Position numbers and translations under genes: made by a program. A DNA stretch of 47,216 nt, from assembly GCA_964525635.1 (NCBI GenBank), contig CAZGJX010000019.1, forward strand, positions 1 to 47,216, written 5' to 3'. Below, piece after piece: positions 31,854-42,300 of the stretch; the first letter of the stretch is position 1, and every line of letters starts with the position of its first letter. The DNA is from an uncultured archaeon (GTDB lineage: Archaea > Asgardarchaeota > Lokiarchaeia > Sigyniarchaeales > SOKP01). The notes under the pieces were generated by a model, which saw only the letters and a list, made by a program, of their open reading frames with translations, made no database searches and was not told the origin of the DNA.

Positions 31854-32510
31854 TTAATTATAAATGGTGTCTAAATACTGAATTAAACGTAGTTTTGTTT
31901 TTTCAAATCCTTTTCTGATTGTTTTTAAAATTATCTTCTTTGCAGTTGGTAGTTTAAGAATAGATGGATCTTTCTCTATAAGTTTTATTGCTTCATCATT
32001 GTAATCTATATTCTTTATCAATGAGATATAAGCATCTTGTTTAGTTTTAAATACTATTTTTGTTAATTCATCATAATTATTTATATCTTGTTTTATTTGC
32101 ATCATTTTCATAGCATCTTTCACTTGAATAATAAAGAGTTTTTTGTTTATTTCCTTCAGCTTATCAAAATTTTCATGTTTTTTTCGACAGTGGATATAAG
32201 TCTGGTCACCTTCTATATATTCTTGGAAATGGTTATTTATCAAATCATCGAACAATTCTTGGCTTGAACCATGTTGTAGAATTTGTTTTGCACAGTCCAA
32301 TGTAGTTTTTATTTGTTTTAATGTGCCTACTTTAGCAGCATTATTACTCCAAGTATCATAGAAGGTTTTAACTAGTGGTTTAACTATTATATTAAATACA
32401 CCAGCTTTTAATTCAGAATCTATCAATGTTCTACCGAATTGTAATGTAGTGTTCATTTCTTCAATCATTCTATCTTCTAATATTTTATAATTTCTTTCTA
32501 CGTAATCCAA
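31854..32510 (-). CDS. Hypothetical helical protein
   Basis: 218-aa ORF with TTG start; no recognised motif. Confidence 0.65.
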   Translation of the reverse strand: MDYVERNYKILEDRMIEEMNTTLQFGRTLIDSELKAGVFNIIVKPLVKTFYDTWSNNAAKVGTLKQIKTTLDCAKQILQHGSSQELFDDLINNHFQEYIEGDQTYIHCRKKHENFDKLKEINKKLFIIQVKDAMKMMQIKQDINNYDELTKIVFKTKQDAYISLIKNIDYNDEAIKLIEKDPSILKLPTAKKIILKTIRKGFEKTKLRLIQYLDTIYN

Positions 32511-32661
32511 TTTATTCTTTCCTCATATTGATATTTAATTTAAAAATTAGTAAAAAAAATTTTTCATTAAATAATTTAAAACTTATTTTCTTCTATTATA
32601 ATATTGAATTTATCATGAGAAAAAAATTTATATATTTATAATTTCGTTTGAGTTAATTTTT

Positions 32662-35600
32662 ATGCGATATATCTTTAAAATTTTAGTTTTGGGAAATTTT
32701 GATGTACTTATTCCATATTTATCTACTGCTTTCAATGAAATAGGTGAAGATAAAGAAACTTATGAAGTTTGGAACAGGGAGATAACCGTATTAGAGGATA
32801 TATGTGAAATTGAAATAGATGCTATAACTAAACTAACTGCTGATTTTGATCAATTAATCCCCAGCGTGGACGGTATTATATATTTTTTAAATCCATTAAT
32901 AAACGAAGAAATTGAATACTTCCAAATGATACTTGATATTTTAGAAAAAATAAAAAGAAATATCCCTACTGTGATATTATACTATAATGAAGATGGCATT
33001 CTACCAATTTCAGTTATTGATTTATTAGAGGATACATGGATTGATTATCCTGATTTTGAAGCGTTTATAAATGTGCATCCAAGATACTTTAAACAAGTAT
33101 TACAAAGTTTATCTTTTGCTATGATATCAGGAGATGATCCATTAGATCTTGAAAATGCGTGGTTAAGATATCCCGTTTTGGTTATGCAGGCAAATTATTA
33201 TTATAATAAAAAAGATTTCTATAATGCTGGTAAGATCATTAAAAAAATAGCCTTTATAAATAGTATATTCAATAGAGAAAATAACTATATTATAAATGAA
33301 CAAGCTGCTTATCTTTTCTCAAAAATAGAGCTCTATCAAGAAACTGCTAATATTTTGAGTCAAATAGATACAAAAAAATCGATGGAATATAAGAAATTAT
33401 ACGTCAAGGCAATGATACGTGAGGGAAATAAATTATTTAATAAGGCAGATTATAAATATGCCGCTAGACAATATGAAAATGCCGCTCAATGGGCGTTAAT
33501 AGAATTAAAAGATAAAAAATTAATTATAGAGTGCTTTAAATTGGCAATTAATTCTTGGATTTCTGCTTGTGAAGTAGAAAATGCCTTCACAATTCTTGAG
33601 CGCCTTCCTCATGAAGAAATAAAACCAATATTGCAGGAAGTTGCTGATAAAGTTATAGCTGCTTCTGATTATTTGGTATCCCAAGGTGATTTAAAAGGTG
33701 CGAGAGAAGAAATATATATTGCTATAAATACATATCAAAGAGAAAATCTCTTAGAGATTATGAAAAAATTCGCTATAAAGTTATCTGAGATTTTAATACA
33801 ACTTCTGAAAGATCAAATTAAAAAACATAAAATTAATGGAGCAAAAAGGAGTTATGATGAAATCCTTAATTTATGGACCTATTTCGAAGTGAGGAGAGGG
33901 AATCTAGACCTTGTTTTAGAGGGCTTAATCATTCAATTCCTTGATAAACTAAATTTCAAAACAGCAGTCTATTTAATAAATGAATTAAATTCATTAAAAT
34001 TAAAGAAAAAATTAACAGAATATAGTTCTCAAGTAGAAGATAAAAATAAACTATTGAAAAAGAGAGATAAGGAAATTAATATAAATCAGGGAATTCAAAT
34101 TTTAATAAATTTTATCGAAACTGAAAATGAAATTATCAACACAATGAATTCTAAAAAATTAGAAAATGCTATTGAATTAATCGAAAAGAACCAATATATA
34201 AGAGCTGCTGATCAATTAGAAAAATACGTAGATTACCTTAAAAATTTAGGTGAAATAAATGAAGCAGATAGAATTTTATGTGAATTATTGGATATTTTAG
34301 TTCAAGGAAATCAAATTGAGGAATTTTTAAAATATTATCCAAAAATCACTGGGATAAGAGTAAAGAAAAATTACATAAAATATATCTTTCCCTTTCTCAT
34401 TGATAGTTTTAATAAAATTAACAAGAATTATAAATATGAAAAAAATGAAAAAATATTCGAGGATCTTAATTTAATATTAAGGAATCAAATGTTATATGAA
34501 CAATCAAAAGAAATTAGTAATATTTTTATAGAAATAATTAGAAATGAAGCTTTGAAAATAGTTAAAATGGAACAGAATACTATTGGAATTGAAGGGGCAA
34601 TTAATCTAATTAAAAAAGTTGCAAATATATCTTCTTCATATTTAGATAATAAAGAGTTTCATTTTGATGAAGTATATCAGATAATAGCAGATATATATAT
34701 AAATTTAGGAGATTTATCTTCAGCATTAAGTAATATAGATAAAATTGTAGAAAAGACTATAAAGAAAGAGGCTTATAAAAAACTAGCAAAACAAGAGGAT
34801 ACCAAAATTTTATTAGAATCAAAAAGAATAGAAGCTTCTCTTAAAGTAAAATTAATTAAAGAGAAATCAACAGATATTAAAATGTTAGCTGAAGATGCAA
34901 AATCAGATATGGTATCTAAGATGAAACAAAGAAAAGGTTTTAAAAGAGCATTTTTCGAAAAAGCACTTTATTTTTTAAATGAGAAGAAATATAATAATGC
35001 ACTAGAGCTTTATGAAAATAGCATAGTTCGCATGGAAAAAACTAAACAATATTATTTAGCTGGAGTTTCTATAGCAATAATGTCTTTGATACTAATAAGA
35101 GATGATAAAAAAGATGAATTAATTAAATTTATTGAAGAAAAATCCTACTCTGATAATTTTTATCATAACTCCTTTCCAGTTATTTTAGTTGAATATCTTA
35201 CTAACTTAATAAAAATTAAAAAGGAATTAGAATTTAATGAAACTTTACTTTATATGGAAAATTTACCTTTATTTACAGAAGAACGAGAATTACTTTATGA
35301 TATATTAAACAAAACATATCCTAAAGAACCAGAATTTAAGGAGATTAAAAGATCAACTAAATCAAAAGTAACTGGAGAAGATAAAGGAAAAACTTTAAAA
35401 AAAATATTAGAATTAGATCAAAAAATAGATATCCTCCAACAAAAATTAAGAGATCATAAATCTATTTTTCAGGAAGTATATAAAAAACGTAATGCTTTAA
35501 AAAAAAGATATTATAATGAATTATTATCTTTATTAGAGAATGATAAATATAGGGAAGCAGCAGATAAATATTATGAATTAGTAAATATTTTTTCAAAACG

Positions 35601-35883
35601 GAAAGATTATGAAAATAGCACTCTACTTTTACTACTTCATGTATTATCATTGATTAGAACAAAATCATCTTTAAATGAAATAAAAAATGTTACTCAAGAT
35701 TATTTAAATACACTTGGTACGTCTAAAGCTATAGTAAGTGAGATTTTTCAGTTTGATATTCTATTGTTAATAATTGATGTGTTCTCAAATAAGTATAATA
35801 AATTCATACCTAAAATAAATGAGATGTTAGAGAATTTACCTTTATTTGAAGAGGAATGGAATTTATTACCAATTACTTTATAG
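32662..35883 (+). CDS. Degenerate small-GTPase-like domain + long TPR/alpha-solenoid
   Basis: FKILVLG without GKT, VDGIIYF, IPTVIL; helical repeats; duplicated C-terminal module ending ENLPLFxEE. Confidence 0.7.
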   Translation: MRYIFKILVLGNFDVLIPYLSTAFNEIGEDKETYEVWNREITVLEDICEIEIDAITKLTADFDQLIPSVDGIIYFLNPLINEEIEYFQMILDILEKIKRNIPTVILYYNEDGILPISVIDLLEDTWIDYPDFEAFINVHPRYFKQVLQSLSFAMISGDDPLDLENAWLRYPVLVMQANYYYNKKDFYNAGKIIKKIAFINSIFNRENNYIINEQAAYLFSKIELYQETANILSQIDTKKSMEYKKLYVKAMIREGNKLFNKADYKYAARQYENAAQWALIELKDKKLIIECFKLAINSWISACEVENAFTILERLPHEEIKPILQEVADKVIAASDYLVSQGDLKGAREEIYIAINTYQRENLLEIMKKFAIKLSEILIQLLKDQIKKHKINGAKRSYDEILNLWTYFEVRRGNLDLVLEGLIIQFLDKLNFKTAVYLINELNSLKLKKKLTEYSSQVEDKNKLLKKRDKEININQGIQILINFIETENEIINTMNSKKLENAIELIEKNQYIRAADQLEKYVDYLKNLGEINEADRILCELLDILVQGNQIEEFLKYYPKITGIRVKKNYIKYIFPFLIDSFNKINKNYKYEKNEKIFEDLNLILRNQMLYEQSKEISNIFIEIIRNEALKIVKMEQNTIGIEGAINLIKKVANISSSYLDNKEFHFDEVYQIIADIYINLGDLSSALSNIDKIVEKTIKKEAYKKLAKQEDTKILLESKRIEASLKVKLIKEKSTDIKMLAEDAKSDMVSKMKQRKGFKRAFFEKALYFLNEKKYNNALELYENSIVRMEKTKQYYLAGVSIAIMSLILIRDDKKDELIKFIEEKSYSDNFYHNSFPVILVEYLTNLIKIKKELEFNETLLYMENLPLFTEERELLYDILNKTYPKEPEFKEIKRSTKSKVTGEDKGKTLKKILELDQKIDILQQKLRDHKSIFQEVYKKRNALKKRYYNELLSLLENDKYREAADKYYELVNIFSKRKDYENSTLLLLLHVLSLIRTKSSLNEIKNVTQDYLNTLGTSKAIVSEIFQFDILLLIIDVFSNKYNKFIPKINEMLENLPLFEEEWNLLPITL

Positions 35884-35886
35884 ATT

Positions 35887-36801
35887 CTATACAACATCAG
35901 CAAACTTTTGAAGATCTTTTACTCTCATCCTAAGGGTTACTTCTGTAACTTTAGCTAAATTTGAAATTTCTTTTTGAGTTCTATTTTCATTACATATTTT
36001 TGATCCAATGTAAATAGCAGCAGCAGCAATACCTTTAGGATCTTTACCTGCCGAATTAAAACCATTTTCTTTCGCTTTTTGAATAAGTTTAACCGCAATA
36101 TTTCTACAATTCATCGATAATTTTAATTCATCATTAAATTTATCTACATATCTATCTGCTGTAAAATATTGAACTTTTAGATTAAGGTTTGGTAAAACTT
36201 CCATTAAAATTAAACGATAACTTTTAACGACTTTCTTTTTAGGTATTTGAGCTATTTTAGTTATTTCCTCTATTGTACGTGGAATGCCATGAACTCTAAG
36301 TGCACAGAAAATTGAAGCTGATAATAAAGTGTCAATACTTCTACCCATTGTTAATTTTTTTTTTACAGTTTGGGTATATATACGTAGAGCATCTTCAGCA
36401 ACAGTATCTGGTACTCCTAATCGTTTTTGTAATCTTTGTAAATTTGGTAAGGCAATCCATAGATTTCTTTCAAAACTTGTGGTTAATGATCTATGAATTT
36501 TAGCCAATCTATTAAATTTTGATTTATATTTTGGGCTTAATAGACTTCCTCGAGCATCTCTACTGCCTTTAATTATAGTTCTTGGACCAATAGGACTATA
36601 TACCCTTTCATTACTTTTTCTTTTTTGAATCTCTTCCTGAGTAAAGGCTCTTCGAGGAGAATCATCAAATATTCGTGAAATTACTAAGCCACAGTTAAGA
36701 CAAACATAAAATCCATCTTCTTCTGATAATTTTGGAGAATCACAACAGGATTCATTTATGTCTCCCTCAAGGAGGTTATCATTATCAATTTTAGAGGGCA
36801 T
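35887..36801 (-). CDS. tfb: Transcription initiation factor IIB (TFB)
   Basis: Zn ribbon, ERNL..AL, GRS, GKDPKGIAAAAIY, RTQKEI..VTEVTLR. Confidence 0.95.
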   Translation of the reverse strand: MPSKIDNDNLLEGDINESCCDSPKLSEEDGFYVCLNCGLVISRIFDDSPRRAFTQEEIQKRKSNERVYSPIGPRTIIKGSRDARGSLLSPKYKSKFNRLAKIHRSLTTSFERNLWIALPNLQRLQKRLGVPDTVAEDALRIYTQTVKKKLTMGRSIDTLLSASIFCALRVHGIPRTIEEITKIAQIPKKKVVKSYRLILMEVLPNLNLKVQYFTADRYVDKFNDELKLSMNCRNIAVKLIQKAKENGFNSAGKDPKGIAAAAIYIGSKICNENRTQKEISNLAKVTEVTLRMRVKDLQKFADVV

Positions 36802-37095
36802 AATATATAGATATAAAATGAACTAATTAGAAATTTTATCTTATATTCAAATTAGTGAATAAAATATTTAAATTTTAATTTTACTTAAATATTGTTGCTA
36901 ATTTTTATCATTATTATAGATAAATTTTTTTATTCTCTAAAATTCAAATAAAATGAGGGGTGTTCAAAATTTCCTCAGATTATATATATTATAGAATTAA
37001 TTTAATAAATTTTTGTTAAAAATAAAATTTAAAAATGAACTTTGAACAATAGAACATATAATGTGAAATAAGAAAGTTTAAAATGTTGAATAATT

Positions 37096-38340
37096 ATGAC
37101 AAAAAAAAAAACCATGGCTCAAGAAGATCTTATTAGTGAATCGGATGATAATACTATAGATTTTATTTTAAAATTTTTTAAAGCTAAATCACTAAATATT
37201 GATAAGGTTAATAACCAAGTTGTTATTAAAGGGATTCTGGATAATTCAATTGACTCCTTTAGTTTTTTAAACGATAATGAAGCTAAATTTATTAAAAAAA
37301 GTTTAGAAGCTTCTAAACTTGGAGATCTTATACAATATAAAGATAAGAATATCTATAATTATATTTCCTTTGATCAATTGAAAAACTCAGAAAAAGAAGG
37401 TATTGAAATTAAAGAGTTAGAAGAAAAGATCATAAAGGCAGTTAATATTAGTACAATTTTAAGTAATTTAAAAGGAAAAGCAATTAAAATAGAGAAAGAA
37501 CAACAGAAAATTATTGTTGCAGGATTGGATCAGGCTGGAAAGACAGCAATCTTAACTAAATTTGGAGGTAAATTCGGTTTAAATGAATTGTCTAAGATAA
37601 AACCTACAAAAAGAGTACATAGACGAGAAATCAAAACAGAATCTTTTTCTATTTTTATCTGGGATTTTGGAGGGCAAAGCAAGTATCGAGAAGAATACCT
37701 AAAAAATCCAGATACTTATTTTCTTGGAGTTGATTTATTTATGTATGTTATCGATATTCAAGATTCTGATAGATTTGAAGAATCTTTTACTTATTTAAAA
37801 GGAATAGTAAAAGCATTAAAAGATCTCGAGGAGAATCCATTTTTTCTGATATTTTTGCATAAATTTGATCCTGATCTTCAGCAAGATCCAAAAATTCAAC
37901 TTAATGTTGAAGTTGTCAAACAAAATTTAAAGGAATTTTTCTCTCAGATCGCTTTTACTCATGAAACTTACTTATCATCTATCTATTCAGCAGTAGCTAG
38001 AGAGCCTCAGTTTGCTAAATACATGAAAGAAATGATTGCTGATGTTGGGACCTCTTTGGATGATCCAACTCTTCAAAAAGTTGAAGGTTTAGCAAAAACT
38101 TTAGAACAAACACTAAATGCTGTTATTAGACTCTCTGAAAGCATGTCACATGAATTAAATCAAATGGACGTAAGAATCACTGCTATAGAAAGTGGAGCAA
38201 TTCAAATGGCAGAATCTGGTATCCCTGTACAACTAAATCCTCCCGGTCAAGCCCCACCACGTCGTGGGGAAAATGTTAGAGTAAGAGTTCTTGACGAGCT
38301 AAAAGACTTATTTGCAAAAAGAAAAAAATTAGATATTTAA
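37096..38340 (+). CDS. Arf/Rag(Gtr)-like small GTPase with N-terminal extension and C-terminal coiled coil
   Basis: GLDQAGKT, KPT, WDFGGQ, HKFD. Confidence 0.88.
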   Translation: MTKKKTMAQEDLISESDDNTIDFILKFFKAKSLNIDKVNNQVVIKGILDNSIDSFSFLNDNEAKFIKKSLEASKLGDLIQYKDKNIYNYISFDQLKNSEKEGIEIKELEEKIIKAVNISTILSNLKGKAIKIEKEQQKIIVAGLDQAGKTAILTKFGGKFGLNELSKIKPTKRVHRREIKTESFSIFIWDFGGQSKYREEYLKNPDTYFLGVDLFMYVIDIQDSDRFEESFTYLKGIVKALKDLEENPFFLIFLHKFDPDLQQDPKIQLNVEVVKQNLKEFFSQIAFTHETYLSSIYSAVAREPQFAKYMKEMIADVGTSLDDPTLQKVEGLAKTLEQTLNAVIRLSESMSHELNQMDVRITAIESGAIQMAESGIPVQLNPPGQAPPRRGENVRVRVLDELKDLFAKRKKLDI

Positions 38341-39074
38341 TATGTATTATTGAAGGTTTTTCTTTTTTTCAAATTTTTTATCAATTTAAATAATGCCAAA
38401 AGATAGATGGCTCCAAATATTAATATACACAATAAAATATACCAAACATTCTCAAATAATAATGGATTTAATTTATTTTGCTCTATTGCTATATTAGACA
38501 CGTTTTCTATATAATATAATAGATCTATTATCGGGTCACTAAAAACAAAAATAGTAAGAATAAATCCAATAATTCCAAAAATAAATCCAACAATTACATC
38601 TGTAGGATAATGAACTCCTAATTGAATTCTAGAAAAAATAACTAATCCTATAAGAACCAAAAATAATAAAATTAGATAAATTGAATTTGATAAACATCCA
38701 ATTGTTAATCCTTGTGAAACAATATTGTAAGTATGCCAAGATGGAAAACTATTTGAAAATGGTCTCCGTGTAAAAACTTTGATATTCTCATGTTTTTTAA
38801 AAGGTCTTTCTCTTTTTACAATTGCTTTTATTATGACAATTATAACCAAACCAAATAAATAAGCAAATCCTATATGGGATAAATATACAGGATCATACCA
38901 TATAAATAAAAAGATAGTAATTAAACTTACCCATATTGTTTCTTCTCCTAAAAATGAAAGATATTGTAGCAATTTGGTAAAATAATGACCTCCTTTACCA
39001 TTATATTTAATTAAAATTCTTTTATCCCACTGATTAATTTTTTTTTTCAAATCATTTAATTTAATAGAATCCAT
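38337..39074 (-). CDS. PAP2-family membrane phosphatase
   Basis: K....RERP, SFPSWH, SRIQLGVHYPTD. Confidence 0.88.
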   Translation of the reverse strand: MDSIKLNDLKKKINQWDKRILIKYNGKGGHYFTKLLQYLSFLGEETIWVSLITIFLFIWYDPVYLSHIGFAYLFGLVIIVIIKAIVKRERPFKKHENIKVFTRRPFSNSFPSWHTYNIVSQGLTIGCLSNSIYLILLFLVLIGLVIFSRIQLGVHYPTDVIVGFIFGIIGFILTIFVFSDPIIDLLYYIENVSNIAIEQNKLNPLLFENVWYILLCILIFGAIYLLALFKLIKNLKKRKTFNNTY

Positions 39075-39090
39075 TTTTGTATCTTTAAAA

Positions 39091-39885
39091 TTACTTGATA
39101 TTATTTAAATATTGATATGCTTCTTTTATTTTTAAGATAGAATCTTGAAAGTAGTTTAGATCATGTGAATCGGAGCCTACAAAAATATTACCCCCTTTTT
39201 TTTTCAAATTTGTGATTATTTCTTTTGATGGAAAAGGTCTATTAAGAGAGTATCTTAGACCAGAGAGATTATATTCAATACTTATATTATTATTTATACA
39301 AAGAAGTCCTATATCTAAAATCCTTTTATCAGAAATATCACAATTATCTGTAGGTTTAATATCATTTATATTAATATATCGAAAGATTGTATCAATATGA
39401 CAGATATTTTTAAATATTTTAGAATTTATCATCTCTTTTGTAGAATTAAAATAATCATCTATAATTTCTTTTATTGGTTTTTTCTTTAAAAGGTCTATAA
39501 TATAGTTTCTTTCAGTAATAGGATATTTAATATCACATTCATGAATACTTCCGGCAATAAAATCAATACACTCCCCATAATCATCTAAAAATTCTAAAAT
39601 ATCCTTTTCCATTCCTATATAATAATCTATTTCCAAACCACTTAATGCAAAATTATAGGTTTCTTTAATTTTATCGATTTCTTCTAAATATATATCAATT
39701 TTACCATCATAAAATGGATGATTCTTATCATTTTTAACATAATATAGTTCATAATGTTCTAAAAAACATACATTAATATGATTACTTTCAGCAATTAAAA
39801 GATAATCCTCAAAATTTGGACCATTCTTGGGAATATCGGAACTCCATCTTGTATGTACGTGATAATCAGTATATTTATATCGCAT
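39091..39885 (-). CDS. PHP-domain phosphoesterase (HisJ-like)
   Basis: DYHVHT, EH, GLEID, GSIH, HID, GSDSH. Confidence 0.88.
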   Translation of the reverse strand: MRYKYTDYHVHTRWSSDIPKNGPNFEDYLLIAESNHINVCFLEHYELYYVKNDKNHPFYDGKIDIYLEEIDKIKETYNFALSGLEIDYYIGMEKDILEFLDDYGECIDFIAGSIHECDIKYPITERNYIIDLLKKKPIKEIIDDYFNSTKEMINSKIFKNICHIDTIFRYININDIKPTDNCDISDKRILDIGLLCINNNISIEYNLSGLRYSLNRPFPSKEIITNLKKKGGNIFVGSDSHDLNYFQDSILKIKEAYQYLNNIK

Positions 39886-39972
39886 TTATGTAAAGTAAAT
39901 TTAATTTAATATCATATCTCTTAATTAATAGAATGAATAAGTTAAGAAAAGAGTATTGATTTCTCCTAATCA

Positions 39973-40581
39973 ATGATAAAAAACTTAATTTTTGATTTAG
40001 GAAATGTTTTAATTAATTTTAAACCTAAAGAACTGTTATTAAAATATTCAAATAATCTAAAAAAAATTGATGAATTTATTGATAAGATTATTGGAAGAGA
40101 TATTTGGTTAGATCTTGATCGTGGATTAATTTATTTTCAAGAAGCAAAAAATATTTACTTAAAAAAGTTCCCTGATTTAAAAGAACTAATAGATATATTT
40201 TATACACATTGGAAAGAATTATTTTCTCCTATTGATCAAAGTATAATTATTTTAAAGGCTTTAAAAAATAAAGGTTATAATATCTTTCTACTATCAAATT
40301 TTATCAAAACACCCTTTCTTTATGTGGAAAAAAAATTTGATTTTTTCAATATTATAGATGGAAGGATAATCTCTTATGAGGAAAATATTATTAAACCAAA
40401 TATAAAAATCTATGAATGTCTTCTAAAACGATTTCATCTTAATCCTGATGAATGTTTATTTATTGACGATCAAATTCAATTTTTAACTCCTGCAAAAGAT
40501 TTAGGATTTCTTATTATCCATTTTCATAAATCTTTGAATCTAAGGGATAAATTAAAAGAATTTGATATTATTATAGAATAA
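39973..40581 (+). CDS. HAD-superfamily phosphatase (YihX-like)
   Basis: FDLGNV, LLSN, KP, FIDD. Confidence 0.9.
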   Translation: MIKNLIFDLGNVLINFKPKELLLKYSNNLKKIDEFIDKIIGRDIWLDLDRGLIYFQEAKNIYLKKFPDLKELIDIFYTHWKELFSPIDQSIIILKALKNKGYNIFLLSNFIKTPFLYVEKKFDFFNIIDGRIISYEENIIKPNIKIYECLLKRFHLNPDECLFIDDQIQFLTPAKDLGFLIIHFHKSLNLRDKLKEFDIIIE

Positions 40582-40600
40582 AAAAAAAAATAGGTATATC

Positions 40601-42010
40601 TTATCTCCTCGAACTTATTATTCTCTCAATTAATATAATGATTAAAATAATGAAAGCAATTGGTGGAAAAATAAGTAAAAATAATCTGAATATAATATCT
40701 TGTTCTAACTGTTCTGAAGCCACAAACATTATTCCATCAATAAAAGTACTTACTAATGAAAGGCATGTAAATATAAATAATATATTGTTAATTTTACTAT
40801 CACTTAATTCCTTCAATTTTTCTCTTCCTTGATTATGTAGATATTCAAAAACGTTTAATTTATTCATAAAAAATTCTTCCATTTGAGAGATTCTCCAACT
40901 TATTACAGCTTCATTATAGATAAAGTGTGCAAATGGAGCAAGATTTTGTAAATAATTTGCTTTATTTACTGAATAAAGTTCCATTTCCATTTTTAATTTA
41001 TTAATCCATTTAATAGCTTTTCTAACAGATTTTTTTCTCAATGTTTGATAAGAAGCAAGTTGTGTGAGTTGTCTATATAAAATTTCATTGAAAATTTGAA
41101 GTGTTCGCCATTCTATTTCACAATATCTTAAAATTTCCTTAGCATAGAATAATTCTATTTTATCTAAATTTGCCCATAAACTATTTCCCCATCCTATATG
41201 GACAAAACTTTGTGTACCTTTGGCAAAATTGATTTTTCCTTCTGGATGACTTATTGCTATAATTTTATTCATAATTTCTTCAATTGGAACTTTTTTTTTA
41301 ATTTCATTATCATTTCTAATTAATACAATATGACCCCATAATGGAATATTTGCTTTTTGATTTGTAAATAATTCTTCATAACTAACCACTGGGTTTTCAA
41401 GTTGGAATTCTTGATCAATTTCTTTAAAGATTTTATAAACTTTTTCTGCTAAAGATTCAGAAAGTGTGATTAAATCGGGATATCTTATTATAACTCTCAT
41501 AATATCCTGTAATATCTTTAATCCCCTATCTTCTTCATAAGATACTAATTCATGTTTAAGATTAAACATCACTTTGCAATAAATCATCCCCACACCATAT
41601 TCATGAAAACTCATTGTTTCAAATATAAATTCTGGATTATCCTTGAAAACATCATCCTTAATAATATCCAATGGTAATTGGAATTTTTTATTAATACTAA
41701 TGGTTATTATACTATTATCCCGCTGTGTCTTTCCACTACCTCCTGTTTTCTTGAATAGAAGTGTATCAATTTTTCCTTTTATTATTAATTCATCTTCTCC
41801 TAGCCAGGTTTTGATACTTCCAGTTGGATTTTCTTCACGAATAAATTTTTCGATTAAAATTTGATTCGGATAAATATCATTTAATTTTCCGAAAAAAACC
41901 TTTCTGAATTTATCATAGGATCCAATTAGACATGAATAATCAATTATCATTTTCGAATTAAATGGAGCTATTACATAACAAACATAATCTTTATTTTGAT
42001 TTTCCAGCAT
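40601..42010 (-). CDS. Hypothetical protein with long helices and two C-terminal TMs (CorA/RMD1-like topology)
   Basis: 469-aa ORF; KINNILFIFT...TM hairpin; no GMN motif. Confidence 0.6.
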   Translation of the reverse strand: MLENQNKDYVCYVIAPFNSKMIIDYSCLIGSYDKFRKVFFGKLNDIYPNQILIEKFIREENPTGSIKTWLGEDELIIKGKIDTLLFKKTGGSGKTQRDNSIITISINKKFQLPLDIIKDDVFKDNPEFIFETMSFHEYGVGMIYCKVMFNLKHELVSYEEDRGLKILQDIMRVIIRYPDLITLSESLAEKVYKIFKEIDQEFQLENPVVSYEELFTNQKANIPLWGHIVLIRNDNEIKKKVPIEEIMNKIIAISHPEGKINFAKGTQSFVHIGWGNSLWANLDKIELFYAKEILRYCEIEWRTLQIFNEILYRQLTQLASYQTLRKKSVRKAIKWINKLKMEMELYSVNKANYLQNLAPFAHFIYNEAVISWRISQMEEFFMNKLNVFEYLHNQGREKLKELSDSKINNILFIFTCLSLVSTFIDGIMFVASEQLEQDIIFRLFLLIFPPIAFIILIIILIERIISSRR

Positions 42011-42089
42011 TTTTGAAATATAATTATTTAATTTTTCATTTTGAAATCTAATAAAAGATGAAAAATAAAAAATAGATTTATTATTAAAA

Positions 42090-42300
42090 TCTATACTTTT
42101 AGAAGTTTCAGTGAACTACACACAGCCTAGAGGCTGTGGCTTCCTACGAGTACTCAATCGCTTCTAGTACGGATTGGTCTGTATGTCGTAAAAAACCATT
42201 CCATTGTAATTGGAATGATTCCTCGTTCACAGAGGACTTATGCGATAGGAAATCATATTTATGTTTTACTGTAAAGAATTTTAACATGATATTAATTGCC
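42090..42300 (-). ncRNA. Putative omegaRNA/reRNA (scaffold over tnpB 3' end and right end; guide from flank)
   Basis: Inferred from TnpB biology and the right-end hairpin; boundaries approximate. Confidence 0.5.
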
